DNA from: Octopus vulgaris
Lineage: Eukaryota
Reading direction: 5' to 3'
Assembly: GCA_951406725.2 (NCBI GenBank)
Contig: OX597840.1
Span: 10,540,001-10,604,000 of the forward strand
DNA length: 64,000 nt
Part shown: piece after piece, positions 23,678 through 41,586 of the stretch
How the letters are laid out: each line of letters begins with the position of its first letter
Numbering within the stretch: position 1 is the stretch's first letter
Notes under the pieces: generated by a model
The model's input: the letters and a program-made list of their open reading frames with translations, nothing else
Told to the model about the DNA's origin: nothing
The model's database searches: none
Translations under genes and position numbers: made by a program

Positions 23678-23682
23678 CATAC

Positions 23683-23796
<114 letters not shown>

Positions 23797-24599
23797 CTGA
23801 TCAGCACCGCGGAAAAGGAGACAGTGTCGATAAAATATGTACCAGTTAAACACTGGGGTCGATGTAATCAACAAACTGCTTTCACTTAAAATAATAATCT
23901 TGTGACATTTGAAACCAAAGGCGGCAATGTGACAGAATCATTAGCAAGCCGGACAAACCGCTTAGTGGCATTTCTTCCGACTGTTTATGTTCTCCTCCCA
24001 AATGGCGCCGAGGTCGACTTCGCAATTCATCTTTTAGATATCGGTAAGATAAATTAAAATAAAATAATACATTAAATAAATATATTAAAGTCATTGATAT
24101 CAACTACCCTCTTCACTCTTCCTCTAAAATTGCTGGCCTTGTGCCAACATTTCAAACCATGATCCCACCTTCACAAAGAGGAAAAGAGAAAATTGGCCCA
24201 GCTGGAGTGTTTTTGTATATATAAAAAAATCCTTTTAGTTAAGCAGTATTTTGCATATTCATAGAATCATGTGTGGTGTTCATGTTTTAGGTGCAACTGC
24301 ATTGATTTCGTACATAATAATGTCTTTATTATGAATTGTGCCTTTGTAATTTGTTTCGCTGGGAGTGTAGACATGTTTTAATCTTGGTGTGAAGAAAATG
24401 CATTTTGGAAATTCAGAAACACGACCTCAGAGAAGCTTTTCTTTTTTGCATTAAATGGAATAAAAACGAACAAATATAAAGAAAAAGAAAGGAAAAGAAA
24501 AGCGTGGAAGATGGGGAAACTATTTATTTTATTTGTTATTGTTATTTGGGGGAAGTAACTCTTAAAAAGATTTTTAACGAAACTTCAAGAAATACGTTG

Positions 24600-27500
24600 A
24601 AAAGAATTTTATTTCTTTATTGCCAACGTACAGCGGCTTGCAAAAGTCTACAACCCCTTTTGAAAATTTATATATTTTGTATAATTTAAAAGGGAACAAC
24701 TCCTTTTTTTCAATTCCTCTGATTGTTAAATAATAATCAGATCCATCAAACATTTAAAAGAATTTTGTTTATTTATTGCCAACGTACAGTGGCTTGCAAA
24801 AGTCTACAACCCCTTTTGAAAATTTATATATTTTGTATAATTTAACAGGGAACAACTCCTTTTTTTCAATTCCACTGATTGTTAAATAATAATCAGATAC
24901 ATCAAACATTTAAAAGAATTTTATTTATTTATTGCCAACGTACAGTGGCTTGCAAAAGTCTACAACCCCTTTTGAAAATTTATATATTTTGTATAATTTA
25001 ACAGGGAACAACTCCTTTTTTTCAATTCCACTGATTGATAAATAATAATCAGATACATCAAACATTTAAAAGAATTTTATTTATTTATTGCCAACGTACA
25101 GTGGCTTGCAAAAGTCTACAACCCCTTTTGAAAATTTATATATTTTGTATAATTTAACAGGGAACAACTCCTTTTTTTCAATTCCAATGATTGTTAAATA
25201 ATAATCAGATCCATCAAACATTTAAAAGAATTTTATTTATTTATTGCCAACGTACAGTGGCTTGCAAAAGTCTACAACCCCTTTTGAAAATTTATATATT
25301 TTGTATAATTTAACAGGGAACAACTCCTTTTTTTCAATTCCAATGATTGTTAAATAATAATCAGATCCATCAAACATTTAAAAGAATTTTATTTATTTAT
25401 TGCCAACGTACAGTGGCTTGCAAAAGTCTACGACCCCTTTTGAAAATTTATATATTTTGTATAATTTAACAGGAAAAACTCCTTTTTTTCAATTCCATTG
25501 ATTGATAAATAATAATCAGATCCATCAAACATTTAAAAGAATTTTATTTATTTATTGCCAACGTACAGTGGCTTGCAAAAGTCTACAACCCCTTTTGAAA
25601 ATTTATATATTTTGTATAATTTAACAGGAAACAACTCCTTTTTTTTCAATTCCATTGATTGATAAATAATAATCAGATCCATCAAACATTTAAAAGAATT
25701 TTATTTATTTATTGCCAACGTACAGTGGCTTGCAAAAGTCTACAACCCCTTTTGAAAATTTATATATTTTGTATAATTTAACAGGGAACAACTCCTTTTT
25801 TTCAATTCCAATGATTGTTAAATAATAATCAGATCCATCAAACATTTAAAAGAATTTTATTTATTTATTGCCAACGTACAGTGGCTTGCAAAAGTCTACA
25901 ACCCCTTTTGAAAATTTATATATTTTGTATAATTTAACAGGGAACAACTCCTTTTTTTCAATTCCAATGATTGTTAAATATTAATCAGAGCCATAAAACA
26001 TTTAAAAGAATTTTATTTATTTATTGCCAACGTACAGTGGCTTGCAAAAGTCTACAACCCCTTTTGAAAATTTATATATTTTGTATAATTTAACAGGGAA
26101 CAACTCCTTTTTTTCAATTCCATTGATTGATTAAATAATAATCAGATCCATCAAACATTTAAAAGAATTTTATTTATTTATTGCCAACGTACAGTGGCTT
26201 GCAAAAGTCTACAACCCCTTTTGAAAATTTATATATTTTGTATAATTTAACAGGGAACAACTCCTTTTTTTCAATTCCAATGATTGTTAAATAATAATCA
26301 GATCCATCAAACATTTAAAAGAATTTTATTTATTTATTGCCAACGTACAGTGGCTTGCAAAAGTCTACAACCCCTTTTGAAAATTTATATATTTTGTATA
26401 ATTTAACAGGGAACAACTCCTTTTTTCAATTCCAATGATTGTTAAATAATAATCAGATCCATCAAACATTTAAAAGAATTTTATTTATTTATTGCCAACG
26501 TACAGTGGCTTGCAAAAGTCTACAACCCGTTTTGAAAATTTATATATTTTGTATAATTTAACAGGGAACAACTCTTTTTTTTCAATTCCACTGATTGTTA
26601 AATAATAATCAGATCCATAAAACATTTAAAAGAATTTTATTTATTTATTGCCAACGTACAGTGGCTTGCAAAAGTCTACAACCCCTTTTGAAAATTTATA
26701 TATTTTGTATAATTTAACAGGGAACAACACCTTTTTTTCAATTCCACTGATTGTTAAATAATAATCAGATCCATCAAACATTTAAAAGAATTTTATTTAT
26801 TTATTGCCAACGTACAGTGGCTTGCAAAAGTCTACAACCCCTTTTGAAAATTTATATATTTTGTATAATTTAACCGGGAACAACTCCTTTTTTCCAATTC
26901 CACTGATTGTTAAATAATAATCAGATCCATCAAACATTTAAAAGAATTTTATTTATTTATTGCCAACGTACAGTGGCTTGCAAAAGTCTACAACCCCTTT
27001 TGAAAATTTATATATTTTGTATAATTTAACAGGGAACAACTCCTTTTTTTCAATTCCACTGATTGTTAAATAATAATCAGATCCATCAAACATTTAAAAG
27101 AATTTTATTTATTTATTGCCAACGTACAGTGGCTTGCAAAAGTCTACAACCCCTTTTGAAAATTTATATATTTTGTATAATTTAACAGGGAACAACTCCT
27201 TTTTTTCAATTCCACTGATTGTTAAATAATAATCAGATCCATTAAAACATTTAAAAGAATTTTATTTATTTATTGCCAACGTACAGTGGCTTGCAAAAGT
27301 CTACAACCCCTTTTGAAAATTTATATATTTTGTATAATTTAACAGGGAACAACTCCTTTTTTTCAATTCCACTGATTGTTAAATAATAATCAGATCCATC
27401 AAACATTTAAAAGAATTTTATTTATTTATTGCCAACGTACAGTGGCTTGCAAAAGTCTACAACCCCTTTTGAAAATTTATATATTTTGTATAATTTAACA

Positions 27501-30500
27501 GGGAACAACTCCTTTTTTCAATTCCACTGATTGTTAAATAATAATCAGATCCATCAAACATTTAAAAGAATTTTATTTATTTATTGCCAACGTACAGTGG
27601 CTTGCAAAAGTCTACAACCCCTTTTGAAAATTTATATATTTTGTATAATTTAACAGGGAACAACTCCTTTTTTTCAATTCCAATGATTGTTAAATAATAA
27701 TCAGATCCATCAAACATTTAAAAGAAATATATTTATTTATTGCCAACGCACAGTGGCTTGCAAAAGTCTACAACCCCTTTTGAAAATTTATATATTTTGT
27801 ATAATTTAACAGGGAACAACTCCTTTTTTTCAATTCCAATGATTGTTAAATAATAATCAGATCCATCAAACATTTAAAAGAATTTTATTTATTTATTGCC
27901 AACGTACAGTGGCTTGCAAAAGTCTACAACCCCTTTTGAAAATTTATATATTTTGTATAATTTAACAGGGAACAACTCCTTTTTTCAATTCCAATGATTG
28001 TTAAATAATAATCAGATCCATCAAACATTTAAAAGAATTTTATTTATTTATTGCCAACGACAGTGGCTTGCAAAAGTCTACAACCCCTTTTGAAAATTTA
28101 TATATTTTGTATAATTTAACAGGGAACAACTCCTCTTTTTCAATTCCAATGATTGTTAAATAATAATCAGATCCATCAAACATTTAAAAGAATTTTATTT
28201 ATTTATTGCCAACGTACAGTGGCTTGCAAAAGTCTACAACCCCTTTTGAAAATTTATATATTTTGTATAATTTAACAGGGAACAACTCCTTTTTTCCAAT
28301 TCCACTGATTGTTAAATAATAATCAGATCCATCAAACATTTAAAAGAATTTTATTTATTTATTGCCAACGTACAGTGGCTTGCAAAAGTCTACAACCCCT
28401 TTTCAAAATTTATATATTTTGTATAATTTAACAGGGAACAACTCTTTTTTTCAATTCCACTGATTGTTAAATAATAATCAGATCCATAAAACATTTAAAA
28501 GAATTTTATTTATTTATTGCCAACGTACAGTGGCTTGCAAAAGTCTACAACCCCTTTTGAAAATTTATATATTTTGTATAATTTAACAGGGAACAACACC
28601 TTTTTTCAATTCCACTGATTGTTAAATAATAATCAGATCCATCAAACATTTAAAAGAATTTTATTTATTTATTGCCAACGTACAGTGGCTTGAAAAAGTT
28701 CTACAACCCCTTTTGAAAATTTATATATTTTGTATAATTTAACAGGGAACAACACCTCTTTTTCAATTCCACTAATTGTTAAATAATAATCAGATCCATC
28801 AAACATTGAAAAGAATTTTATTTATTTATTGCCAACGTACAGTGGCTTGCAAAAGTCTACAACCCCTTTTGAAAATTTATATATTTTGTATAATTTAACA
28901 GGGAACAACACCTCTTTTTCAATTCCAATGATTGTTAAATAATAATCAGATCCATCAAACATTTAAAAGAATTTTATTTATTTATTGCCAACGTACAGTG
29001 GCTTGAAGAAGTCTACAACCCGTTTTGAAAATTTATATATTTTGTATAATTTAACAGGGAACAACACCTCTTTTTCAATTCCACTAATTGTTAAATAATA
29101 ATCAGAACCATCAAACATTTAAAAGAATTTTATTTATTTTTTGCCAACGTACAGTGGCTTGAAAAAGTCTACAACCCCTTTTGAAAATTTATATATTTTG
29201 TATAATTTAACAGGGAACAACACCTCTTTTTCAATTCCACTAATTGTTAAATAATAATCAGAACCATCAAACATTTAAAAGAATTTTATTTATTTATTGC
29301 CAACTTACAGTGGCTTGAAAAAGTCTACAACCCGTTTTGAAAATTTATATATTTTGTATAATTTAACAGGGAACAACACCTCTTTTTCAATTCCACTAAT
29401 TGTTAAATAATAATCAGATCCATCAAACATTTAAAAGAATTTTATTTATTTATTGCCAACGTACAGTGGCTTGCAAAAGTCTACAACCCCTTTTGAAAAT
29501 GTATATATTTTGTATAATTTAACAGGGAACAACTCCTTTTTTCAATTCCACTGATTGTTAAATAATAATCAGATCCATCAAACATTTAAAAGAATTTTAT
29601 TTATTTATTGCCAACGTACAGTGGCTTGCAAAAGTCTACAACCCCTTTTGAAAATTTATATATTTTGTATAATTCAACAGGGAACAACACCTTTTCTTCA
29701 AGTCCACTGATTGTTAAATAATAATCAGATCCATCAAACATTTAAAAGAATTTTATTTATTTATTGCCAACGTACAGTGGCTTGCAAAAGTCTACAACCC
29801 CTTCTGAAAATTTATATATTTTGTATAATTTAACAGGGAACAACACCTTTTCTTCAAGTCCACTGATTGTTAAATAATAATCAGATCCATCAAACATTTA
29901 AAAGAATTTTATTTATTTCTTGCCAACGTACAGTGGCTTGCAAATGTCTACAACCCCTTTGAAAATTTATATATTTTGTATAATTTAAAAGGGAACAACT
30001 CCCTTTTTTCAATTCCACTGATTGTTAAATAATAATCAGATCCATCAAACATTTAAAAGAATTTTATTTATTTATTGCCAACGTACAGTGGCTTGCAAAA
30101 GTCTACAACCCCTTTTGAAAATTTATATATTTTGTATAATTTAACAGGGAACAACTCCTTTTTTTCAATTCCACTGATTGTTAAATAATAATCAGATCCA
30201 TCAAACATTTAAAAGAATTTTATTTATTTATTGCCAACGTACAGTGGCTTGCAAAAGTCTACAACCCCTTTTGAACATTTATATATTTTGTATAATTTAA
30301 CAGGGAACAACTCCTTTTTTTCAATTCCAATGATTGTTAAATAATAATCAGATCCATCAAACATTTAAAAGAATTTTATTTATTTATTGCCAACGTACAG
30401 TGGCTTGCAAAAGTCTACAACCCCTTTTGAAAATGTATATATTTTGTATAATTTAACAGGGAACAACTCCTTTTTTCAATTCCACTGATTGTTAAATAAT

Positions 30501-33160
30501 AATCAGATCCATCAAACATTTAAAAGAATTTTATTTATTTATTGCCAACGTACAGTGGCTTGCAAAAGTCTACAACCCCTTTCAAAATTTATATATTTTG
30601 TATAATTTAACAGGGAACAACTCCTTTTTTTCAATTCCACTGATTGTTAAATAATAATCAGATCCATCAAACATTTAAAAGAATTTCATTTATTTATTGC
30701 CAACGTACAGTGGCTTGCAAAAGTCTACAACCCCTTTTGAAAATTTATATATTTTGTATAATTTAACAGGGAACAACTCCTTTTTTCAATTCCACGATTG
30801 TTAAATAATAATCAGATCCATCAAACATTTAAAAGAATTTTATTTATTTATTGCCAACGTACAGTGGCTTGCAAAAGTCTACAACCCCTTTTGAAAATTT
30901 ATATATTTTGTATAATTTAACAGGGAACAACTCCTTTTTTTCAATTCCACTGATTGTTAAATAATAATCAGATCCATGAAACATTTAAAAGAATTTTATT
31001 TATTTATTGCCAACGTACAGTGGCTTGCAAAAGTCTACAACCCCTTTGAAAATTTATATATTTTGTATAATTTAACAGGGAACAACTCCTTTTTTTCAAT
31101 TCCACTGATTGTTAAATAATAATCAGATCCATCAAACATTTAAAAGAAATTTATTTATTTATTGCCAACGTACAGTGGCTTGCAAAATCTACAACCCCTT
31201 TGAAAATTTATATATTTTGTATAATTTAACAGGGAACAACTCCTTTTTTTCAATTCCACTGATTGTTAAATAATAATCAGATCCATAAAACATTTAAAAG
31301 AATTTTATTTATTTATTGCCAACGTACAGTGGCTTGCAAAAGTCTACAACCCCTTTGAAAATTTATATATTTTGTATAATTTAACAGGGAACAACTCCCT
31401 CTTTTTTTCAATTCCACTGATTGTTAAATAATAATCAGATCCATCAAACATTTAAAAGAATTTTATTTATTTATTGCCAACGTACAGTGGCTTGCAAAAG
31501 TCTACAACCCCTTTTGAAAATGTATATATTTTGTATAATTTAACAGGGAACAACTCCTTTTTTTCAATTCCACTGATTGTTAAATAATAATCAGATCCAT
31601 CAAACATTTAAAAGAATTTTATTTATTTATTGCCAACGTACAGTGGCTTGCAAAAGTCTACAACCCCTTTTGAAAATTTATATATTTTGTATAATTTAAC
31701 AGGGAACAACTCCCTCATTTTTTCAATTCCACTGATTGTTAAATAATAATCAGATCCGTGAAACATTTAAAAGAATTTTATTTATTTATTGCCAACGTAC
31801 AGTGGCTTGCAAAAGTCTACAACCCCTTTTGAAAATTTATATATTTTGTATAATTTAACAGGGAAAAACTCCTTTTTTTCAATTCCACTGATTGTTAAAT
31901 AATGATCAGATCCATCAAACATTTAAAAGAATTTTATTTATTTATTGCCAACGTACAGTGGCTTGCAAAAGTCTACAACCCCTTTTGAAAATGTATATAT
32001 TTTGTATAATTTAACAGGGAACAACTCCTTTTTTTCAATTCCACTGATTGTTAAATAATAATCAGATCCATCAAACATTTAAAAGAATTTTATTTATTTA
32101 TTGCCAACGTACAGTGGCTTGCAAAAGTCTACAACCCCTTTTGAAAATTTATATATTTTGTATAATTTAACAGGGAACAACTCCTTTTTTTCAATTCCAC
32201 TGATTGTTAAATAATAATCAGATCCATCAAACATTTAAAAGAATTTTATTTATTTATTGCCAACGTACAGTGGCTTGCAAAAGTCTACAACCCCTTTTGA
32301 AAATTTATATATTTTGTATAATTTAACAGGGAACAACTCCTTTTTTCAATTCCACTGATTGATAAATAATAAGCAGATCCATCAAACATTTAAAAGAATT
32401 TTATTTATTTATTGCCAACGTACAGTGGCTTGCAAAAGTCTACAACCCCTTTTGAAAATTTATATATTTTGTATAATTTAACAGGAACAACTCCTTTTTT
32501 TCAATTCCACTGATTGTTAAATAATAATCAGATCCATCAAACATTTAAAAGAATTTTATTTATTTATTGCCAACGTACAGTGGCTTGCAAAAGTCTACAA
32601 CCCCTTTTGAAAATTTATATATTTTGTATAATTTAACAGGGAACAACTCCTTTTTTTTCAATTCCACTGATTGTTAAATAATAATCAGATCCATCAAACA
32701 TTTAAAAGAATTTTATTTATTTATTGCCAACGCAGTGGCTTGCAAAAGTCTACAACCCCTTTTGAAAATATATATATTTTGTATAATTTAACAGGGAACA
32801 ACTCCTTTTTTCAATTCCACTGATTATTAAATAATAATCAGATCCATCAAACATTTAAAAGAATTTTATTTATTTATTGCCAACGTACAGTGGCTTGCAA
32901 AAGTCTACAACCTCTTTTGAAAAGTTATATATTTTGTATAATTTAACAGGGAACAACTCCTTTTTTTCAATTCCACTGATTGTTAAATAATAATCAGATC
33001 CATCAAACATTTAAAAGAATTTTATTTATTTATTGCCAACGTACAGTGGCTTGCAAAAGTCTACAACCTCTTTTGAAAATTTATATATTTTGTATAATTT
33101 AACAGGGAACAACTCCTTTTTTCAATTCCACTGATTGATAAATAATAAGCAGATCCATTA
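24600..33160 (+). repeat. 156-bp satellite, ~55 units, each containing a Tc1-type terminus TA|CAGTGGCTTGCAAAAGT
   Basis: Period of 156 bp (24631, 24787, 24943...), with highly homogeneous units. Confidence 0.95.
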
Positions 33161-33691
33161 CACATTCCTTTGGTATAAAAATTACATTTTAAAAAGTTCA
33201 CACTGATTCTTAAAATCATATAACTTAGATAAATGTCTTGGCAAAAGTCTACACCTTCCAGATATTATACAGTGTTATCAGGTAGTTTGTCATTAATGCA
33301 TACAATCCAAAACAATCAAAAGTGATATGTGCATTCTACCATAACAAACGAACTTGGCCAGTCTATTATTTTGTTACAAAATCATTCACCACATAGTTTT
33401 TTGGTACGTTGGTCTTTCTTCCGACAGTTTATGAACTCCTCTCAAATGGCGCCGAGGTCGACCTCGCATTTCACCCTCTAGATGTCGATAAAATAAATTA
33501 AATGATTAAAATCATTAGTATCGACCACGCTCTTCCTCTTAAATTGTTGGCCTTGTGCCAACATTTCAGACCATGATCCCACCTTCACAAAGAGGAATAG
33601 AGAAATTTGGCCCAGCTGGAGTGTTTTTGTATCTAAAAAATTATTTTAGTTAAGCAGTATATTATGCAAGGTGTCCAACCCGGGAAAGAAA

Positions 33692-33808
33692 ATGGGCAAG
33701 CCTCTGTCTCAGGAACTTAAAAACATTATTCAAAAGTACAACGAAAATAATGGCTATAAAAAGATTGCAAAAACTTTAGAATTGCCCCTAAGCACTGATA
33801 GTTTCTAA
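33692..33808 (+). pseudogene. Tc1-family transposase N-terminal (paired-like HTH) fragment
   Basis: MGKPLSQELKNIIQKYNENNGYKKIAKTLELPLST resembles the MGK..ELS..L...I......G.GYKKI.K.L....ST start of Tc1 transposases. It lies downstream of the TIR-like satellite. Confidence 0.75.
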
Positions 33809-34398
33809 GGAAACTCATGTCTCTAATAACCTGAGATAAGGTAACGTTGGCCACCACCGTCATCATCACTATTATTTTTCGACATCTGATCGTTTCAAGT
33901 AATTTTCTAGTGCATCACTTGTTACACTTTTGTGCTGATGGGGTGTGTATGATTCATTTTTATCCTGAGGAATATTGTATTGCATCAGTATGTTTTGCAA
34001 TGGGGTTTGGTTTGAGGTTTTTCTTCTATTAGTTTTCGTATTGTGTGTTGTTTGCGCAGTGCAGTTTGTGTCCTTCTGGTGAGTATCGGGCTTTTATCGC
34101 ACATCTTGTGAGACTTTTCTTCCTTTTACTTTTAAATTTTTACTTGTTTCAGTCATTTGACTGCGACCATGCTGGAGCACCGCCTTTAGTAAAGCAAATC
34201 GACCTCAGGACTTATTCTTTGTACGCCTAGTACTTATTCTATCAGTCTCTTTTGCCAAACCGCTAATGTTACGGGGGACGTAAACACACCAGCATCGGTT
34301 GTCAAGTGATGCTGGGGGGACAAACACATACACACAAACACACATATACATACATACATACATACATACATACATACATACATACATACATACATACA

Positions 34399-34482
<84 letters not shown>

Positions 34483-35022
34483 CATATGACGGGGCATCTT
34501 TCTGTTTCCCTCTACCAAATCCACTCAGAAGGCTTTGGTCGGCCCGAGGGTATAGTAGAAGACACTTGCCCAAGGTGCCACGCAGTGGGACTGAATCCGG
34601 AACCATGTCGTTGGTAAGCAAGCTACTTACCACACACCCACTCCTACGCCTATGTTTTTGTTAATTTGTTAGTTTTATTGAGTATTTACTGTATGATTGT
34701 ATTCATGTATGTTTTTGGAGGATTGTTGCTTAGTAGTGTGCGTAAATCATAAGTCAAGCATTTCATAGCGTTCATGGCTCTCTGTTCATCGTTCTTTTCG
34801 GGGGTCGGTTCTGTTATGGGTCGGTCTTTACAGCATTTACTTTTTGACAGAACACCGACCATGGAGATGTGGTGATGTTTCTTTCGTATTTATAATTATT
34901 ATTGATATGTAAGCGAGAGGCCGAGAAGAAGCAACAATGACCATATATAGACAGGGTTTGTATAGTGATTAATATGCGATTAAAATTTTACTTACAATTT
35001 TACAGTTTCTGTAAATGGATAG

Positions 35023-37970
<2,948 letters not shown>

Positions 37971-38062
37971 ATGATATTTATACATACAAATACCTATATC
38001 TTCACGTTTATTTGTATTTATACATGTATACAAGCATATATGCATACATTTCTATACATATT

Positions 38063-38117
<55 letters not shown>

Positions 38118-38210
38118 GTGTGTGTGTGACCCTTCTGTCCGAGTCAGACGCCATGATAGATCATTAGCCACTACACACATTTTTTTCTCTCCTTGTTTCT
38201 TTCTGTGTTC

Positions 38211-38246
38211 CTTTCTGTAGAAGAGCGTAGGCTCGAAACGTAAAAG
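38211..38246 (+). ncRNA. Hammerhead-like motif in a short non-autonomous element (~38128-38340)
   Basis: CUUU CUGUAGA A GAGC-guag-GCUC GAAA CG UA AAAG has perfect stems I and II, but core A6 is replaced by U. Confidence 0.55.
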
Positions 38247-38336
38247 ACTTTTTCTATTCCTGAGCGTTATACTAATACATCTGTTTGTTTTGTACACCAC
38301 CTGTCTTCGTCCTTTTGTTTTTTTAGTAAACTCTCC

Positions 38337-38420
<84 letters not shown>

Positions 38421-39511
38421 GTGTATGCATGTGCATATATAAATATACATACACATATATAGATATGTACACAACATGTGTGTGTGAGTATGTATGTACA
38501 TATGTATTTATGCATGTATGTATGTATAACAAATATCGAAGATCGTAGTTAGCAAAACCTTTTATTACATCGTTTACAATCGTTTCATCATTATCAGTAC
38601 AACTCATCTTGCGAAAGGTGACCATGTTGGAAACTACTGATTAATTTCCTTGTGTTGTGTAGGATTTTCTTTTATAGCAGGTGTTAAAAATCTTTCATCA
38701 GTACTCACCACCACCATCACCACCACCACCACCACCACCACCACCACCATCAAAACCATCATTATCATCTACACCTCCACGACCAGCATCACCAGCTTCG
38801 CCACTAAAATTACCATCACCAATACCACCATCACCATCAACGCCACCGTCACCATCACTACCACAATTACGACGACGACGACCACCACCACATGTAGAAC
38901 CCCACCCCAAATGTAGTGGAAGTTATTCCTATTAACAGCCAGTTGGACCGCCCCATTATAAAATGTCGGGCTTTCCCATCGTAAAAGACAGAAGAGGCTG
39001 CTACCATTTCAGGTTGAACAATTTGCACAAATGATCATACGTATCTACTGCGCAATGTTTCGCTCCTTCTAACAAATCAACGTTGGCTCTACAGGTAAAC
39101 TGTGTACCACATTTGAGGTGTGGAAGTGACAGTAGAACAGAGTGAGATGAAGAGCTTTGCTCAAGAGTATATCGCATCGCCCGCTCTGCTCGAGAATCGA
39201 AACCACGATCTCACAATAACCACAATTTCCTCCGTCTTGGCTCATTTTAAAATATTAACATAAATACAGCTGAGAAGGGCACAAGTTCCGAACCGCCTAC
39301 CTCTCGAATTGTTTTCTGATACGCTATCCACACACCAATAATTTTTTTCCGATTGCTTACCTGATAAAGTGATAAATGGAATTTGCGAAGGTGTGCCAAC
39401 GTGACATGTTTGCACAGACCAGTATCGCGTTCTTTTGATTTCTTCTTTTATCTGAACAAAAGTTAGCTAATCTTTAAATATCTCATCAGTTATCGGCCGA
39501 ATAATAATAAC

Positions 39512-39571
<60 letters not shown>

Positions 39572-39683
39572 AACAATAGCAATAACAATAACAACAACAA
39601 TAATAATAATAATGATAATAATAATAATAATAATAACAAAAATAATAACAGAAACAATTACAATAATGATGATGATGATGATG

Positions 39684-39721
<38 letters not shown>

Positions 39722-39724
<3 letters not shown>

Positions 39725-40206
39725 TGTTTTGTCTTGGTATAAAAGATGGGCTACAGCAAACATTCTGCTCAATACCACATCTGTGCTTGTCAGTTGTTTG
39801 ACCTTAACCAATTGACCATGTCCCTAAGTGGCTGACGATATGTGCATCTCTGATCACGAGCAGAAGTAGTGGGGGAGCATCATAGCCATGTGTTGAGAGG
39901 AAGTCTTTGGGGTTTGAATAATTTACTTCTGGAAACATGGGTGTTTCATTCAACATCCTTAAACAATCCTTATTCAGGGACCTTTTGAGCAGGATGGGTT
40001 ACTCGACCAGAAGAAAGTTCTAACAGGGCCCCACCTGCAAGGTCATGTGTTGTTTATCTTGATATGAGATCACCATGTTGCGCACATATGGTTGTGATGC
40101 ATGTGCCTAGTGTACCCTTATCAGACGTGTAGTCCTGATGGGTATACTGGGCTTCGTATATTTTACCCCAGTGTCACTTTGATGACATGCACTGCTCTCT
40201 CACTCA

Positions 40207-40207
<1 letters not shown>
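39722..40207 (+). mobile_element. Retroposon-like repeat embedded in (TAA)n
   Basis: Partial copies at 58480-58688 and 10093-10135; its 3' end (CTGCTCTCTCACTCA-TAA)n is inverted at 63977-64000. Confidence 0.55.
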
Positions 40208-40272
<65 letters not shown>

Positions 40273-40273
<1 letters not shown>

Positions 40274-40640
40274 GGAATCACTCATATGCGCAGCTGAGGA
40301 GCAAGCGTTAAGGACCAACTATATGAAGTGCAGAATAGATAACACTACCGATAGCAACAAATGCAGAATATGTGGTGAAAGGGGTGAAACGGTATGGCAC
40401 ATTGTTAGCGAATGTCCAAAATTGACACAACACGAATACAAAAGACGTCATGACAATGTGGCAAGAATGATCCATTGGGATCTCTGTGGAAATCACGGCA
40501 TAGAAAGAGCAAAGACGTGGTACGAGCAAACTTCAGAAATAGTCACCGAAAATGAGAATTGCAAATTCTTGTGAGACGCAATGATCCAGTAAAACTACCC
40601 GACCAGACATCGGAAACGGGACACTGCTGTGGTAAATAAA
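40273..40640 (+). mobile_element. R4/Dong-like (RLE-type) non-LTR retrotransposon C-terminal fragment
   Basis: AAEEQALRTNY...CRICGERGETVWHIVSECPKL..HEYKRRHDNVA (CCHC knuckle plus RHD motif), starting immediately after a (TAA)n tract. Confidence 0.8.
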
Positions 40641-40673
40641 AAGAAAGAACATTACAGGAGGACATTGGCCGTT

Positions 40674-41072
40674 CAAGAATTTGGACCTGGAGATCTCCAT
40701 TTCCAGCGACTTCGAGGGCCACCTTCCGGTGGTGTCGGGCGTCAACGAAGAGCCCTCGATTACAACAAGACGACCAAAGGTTTCTTTTTCCAAGGTCTGG
40801 GGTTTCCCACCCCTAAGCCCTAGACCATCACCTAATCACCCTTACTCGTCTCGTTGCATAAAAACAACAACAACAACCGTCCAAGAATTTGGACCTGGAG
40901 ATCTCCATTTCCAGCGACTTTCAGGGCCACCTCCCAGTGGTGTCGGGCGTCAACGAAGAGCCCTCGACTACAAGACGACCAAAGGTTTTTTTTCCAAGGT
41001 CTGGGGGTCTCCTGCCCCTAAGCCCTAGACCATCACCTAATCGCCCTTACACGCCTACACGCCTTGTTGCTT

Positions 41073-41113
<41 letters not shown>

Positions 41114-41120
41114 CTACAAC
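40674..41120 (+). repeat. Tandem pair of ~208-bp units each ending in (CAA)n
   Basis: CAAGAATTTGGACCTGGAGATCTCCATTTCCAGCGACTT at 40674 and 40882. Confidence 0.8.
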
Positions 41121-41544
41121 AAGCAAGATTTCATAAATCAATTTATAACTGAAAACTTTAGTAGAAAAAAAAATGAGAAAACGTGATAACGATACAAATA
41201 TAAGAATGGGTTGTAAAAAAAAAGGAAAAAGGAGAAGAAAGGGGGGGCGGCGGTGCGGAAAGAATGAGAAAAAGAAGAGGAAGAAAATAAAGGAAATCGG
41301 ATGTTACACCTTTTCTTATCTAAAAGCAAAACTTTTGAATTTCATTTTTTATTCTTTTCATTTTACAAATCTGTGTTATACAATAGTTGACGTAGTTTAT
41401 TTCACCAGCCAATCAGATTTTGATATATTTTTATCATAATAACCATCATCATCATTATCATCATCATTATCATCATCATCATTATCATCACCATTCTTCT
41501 TCTTCTTCTTCTTCTTCTTCTTCTTCTTCTTCTTCTTCTTCTAC

Positions 41545-41586
<42 letters not shown>

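Noticed and set aside
24600-33160. CRISPR-like array (also 19711-22458)
   Set aside because: Units repeat in full with no unique spacers; eukaryotic context and no cas genes.
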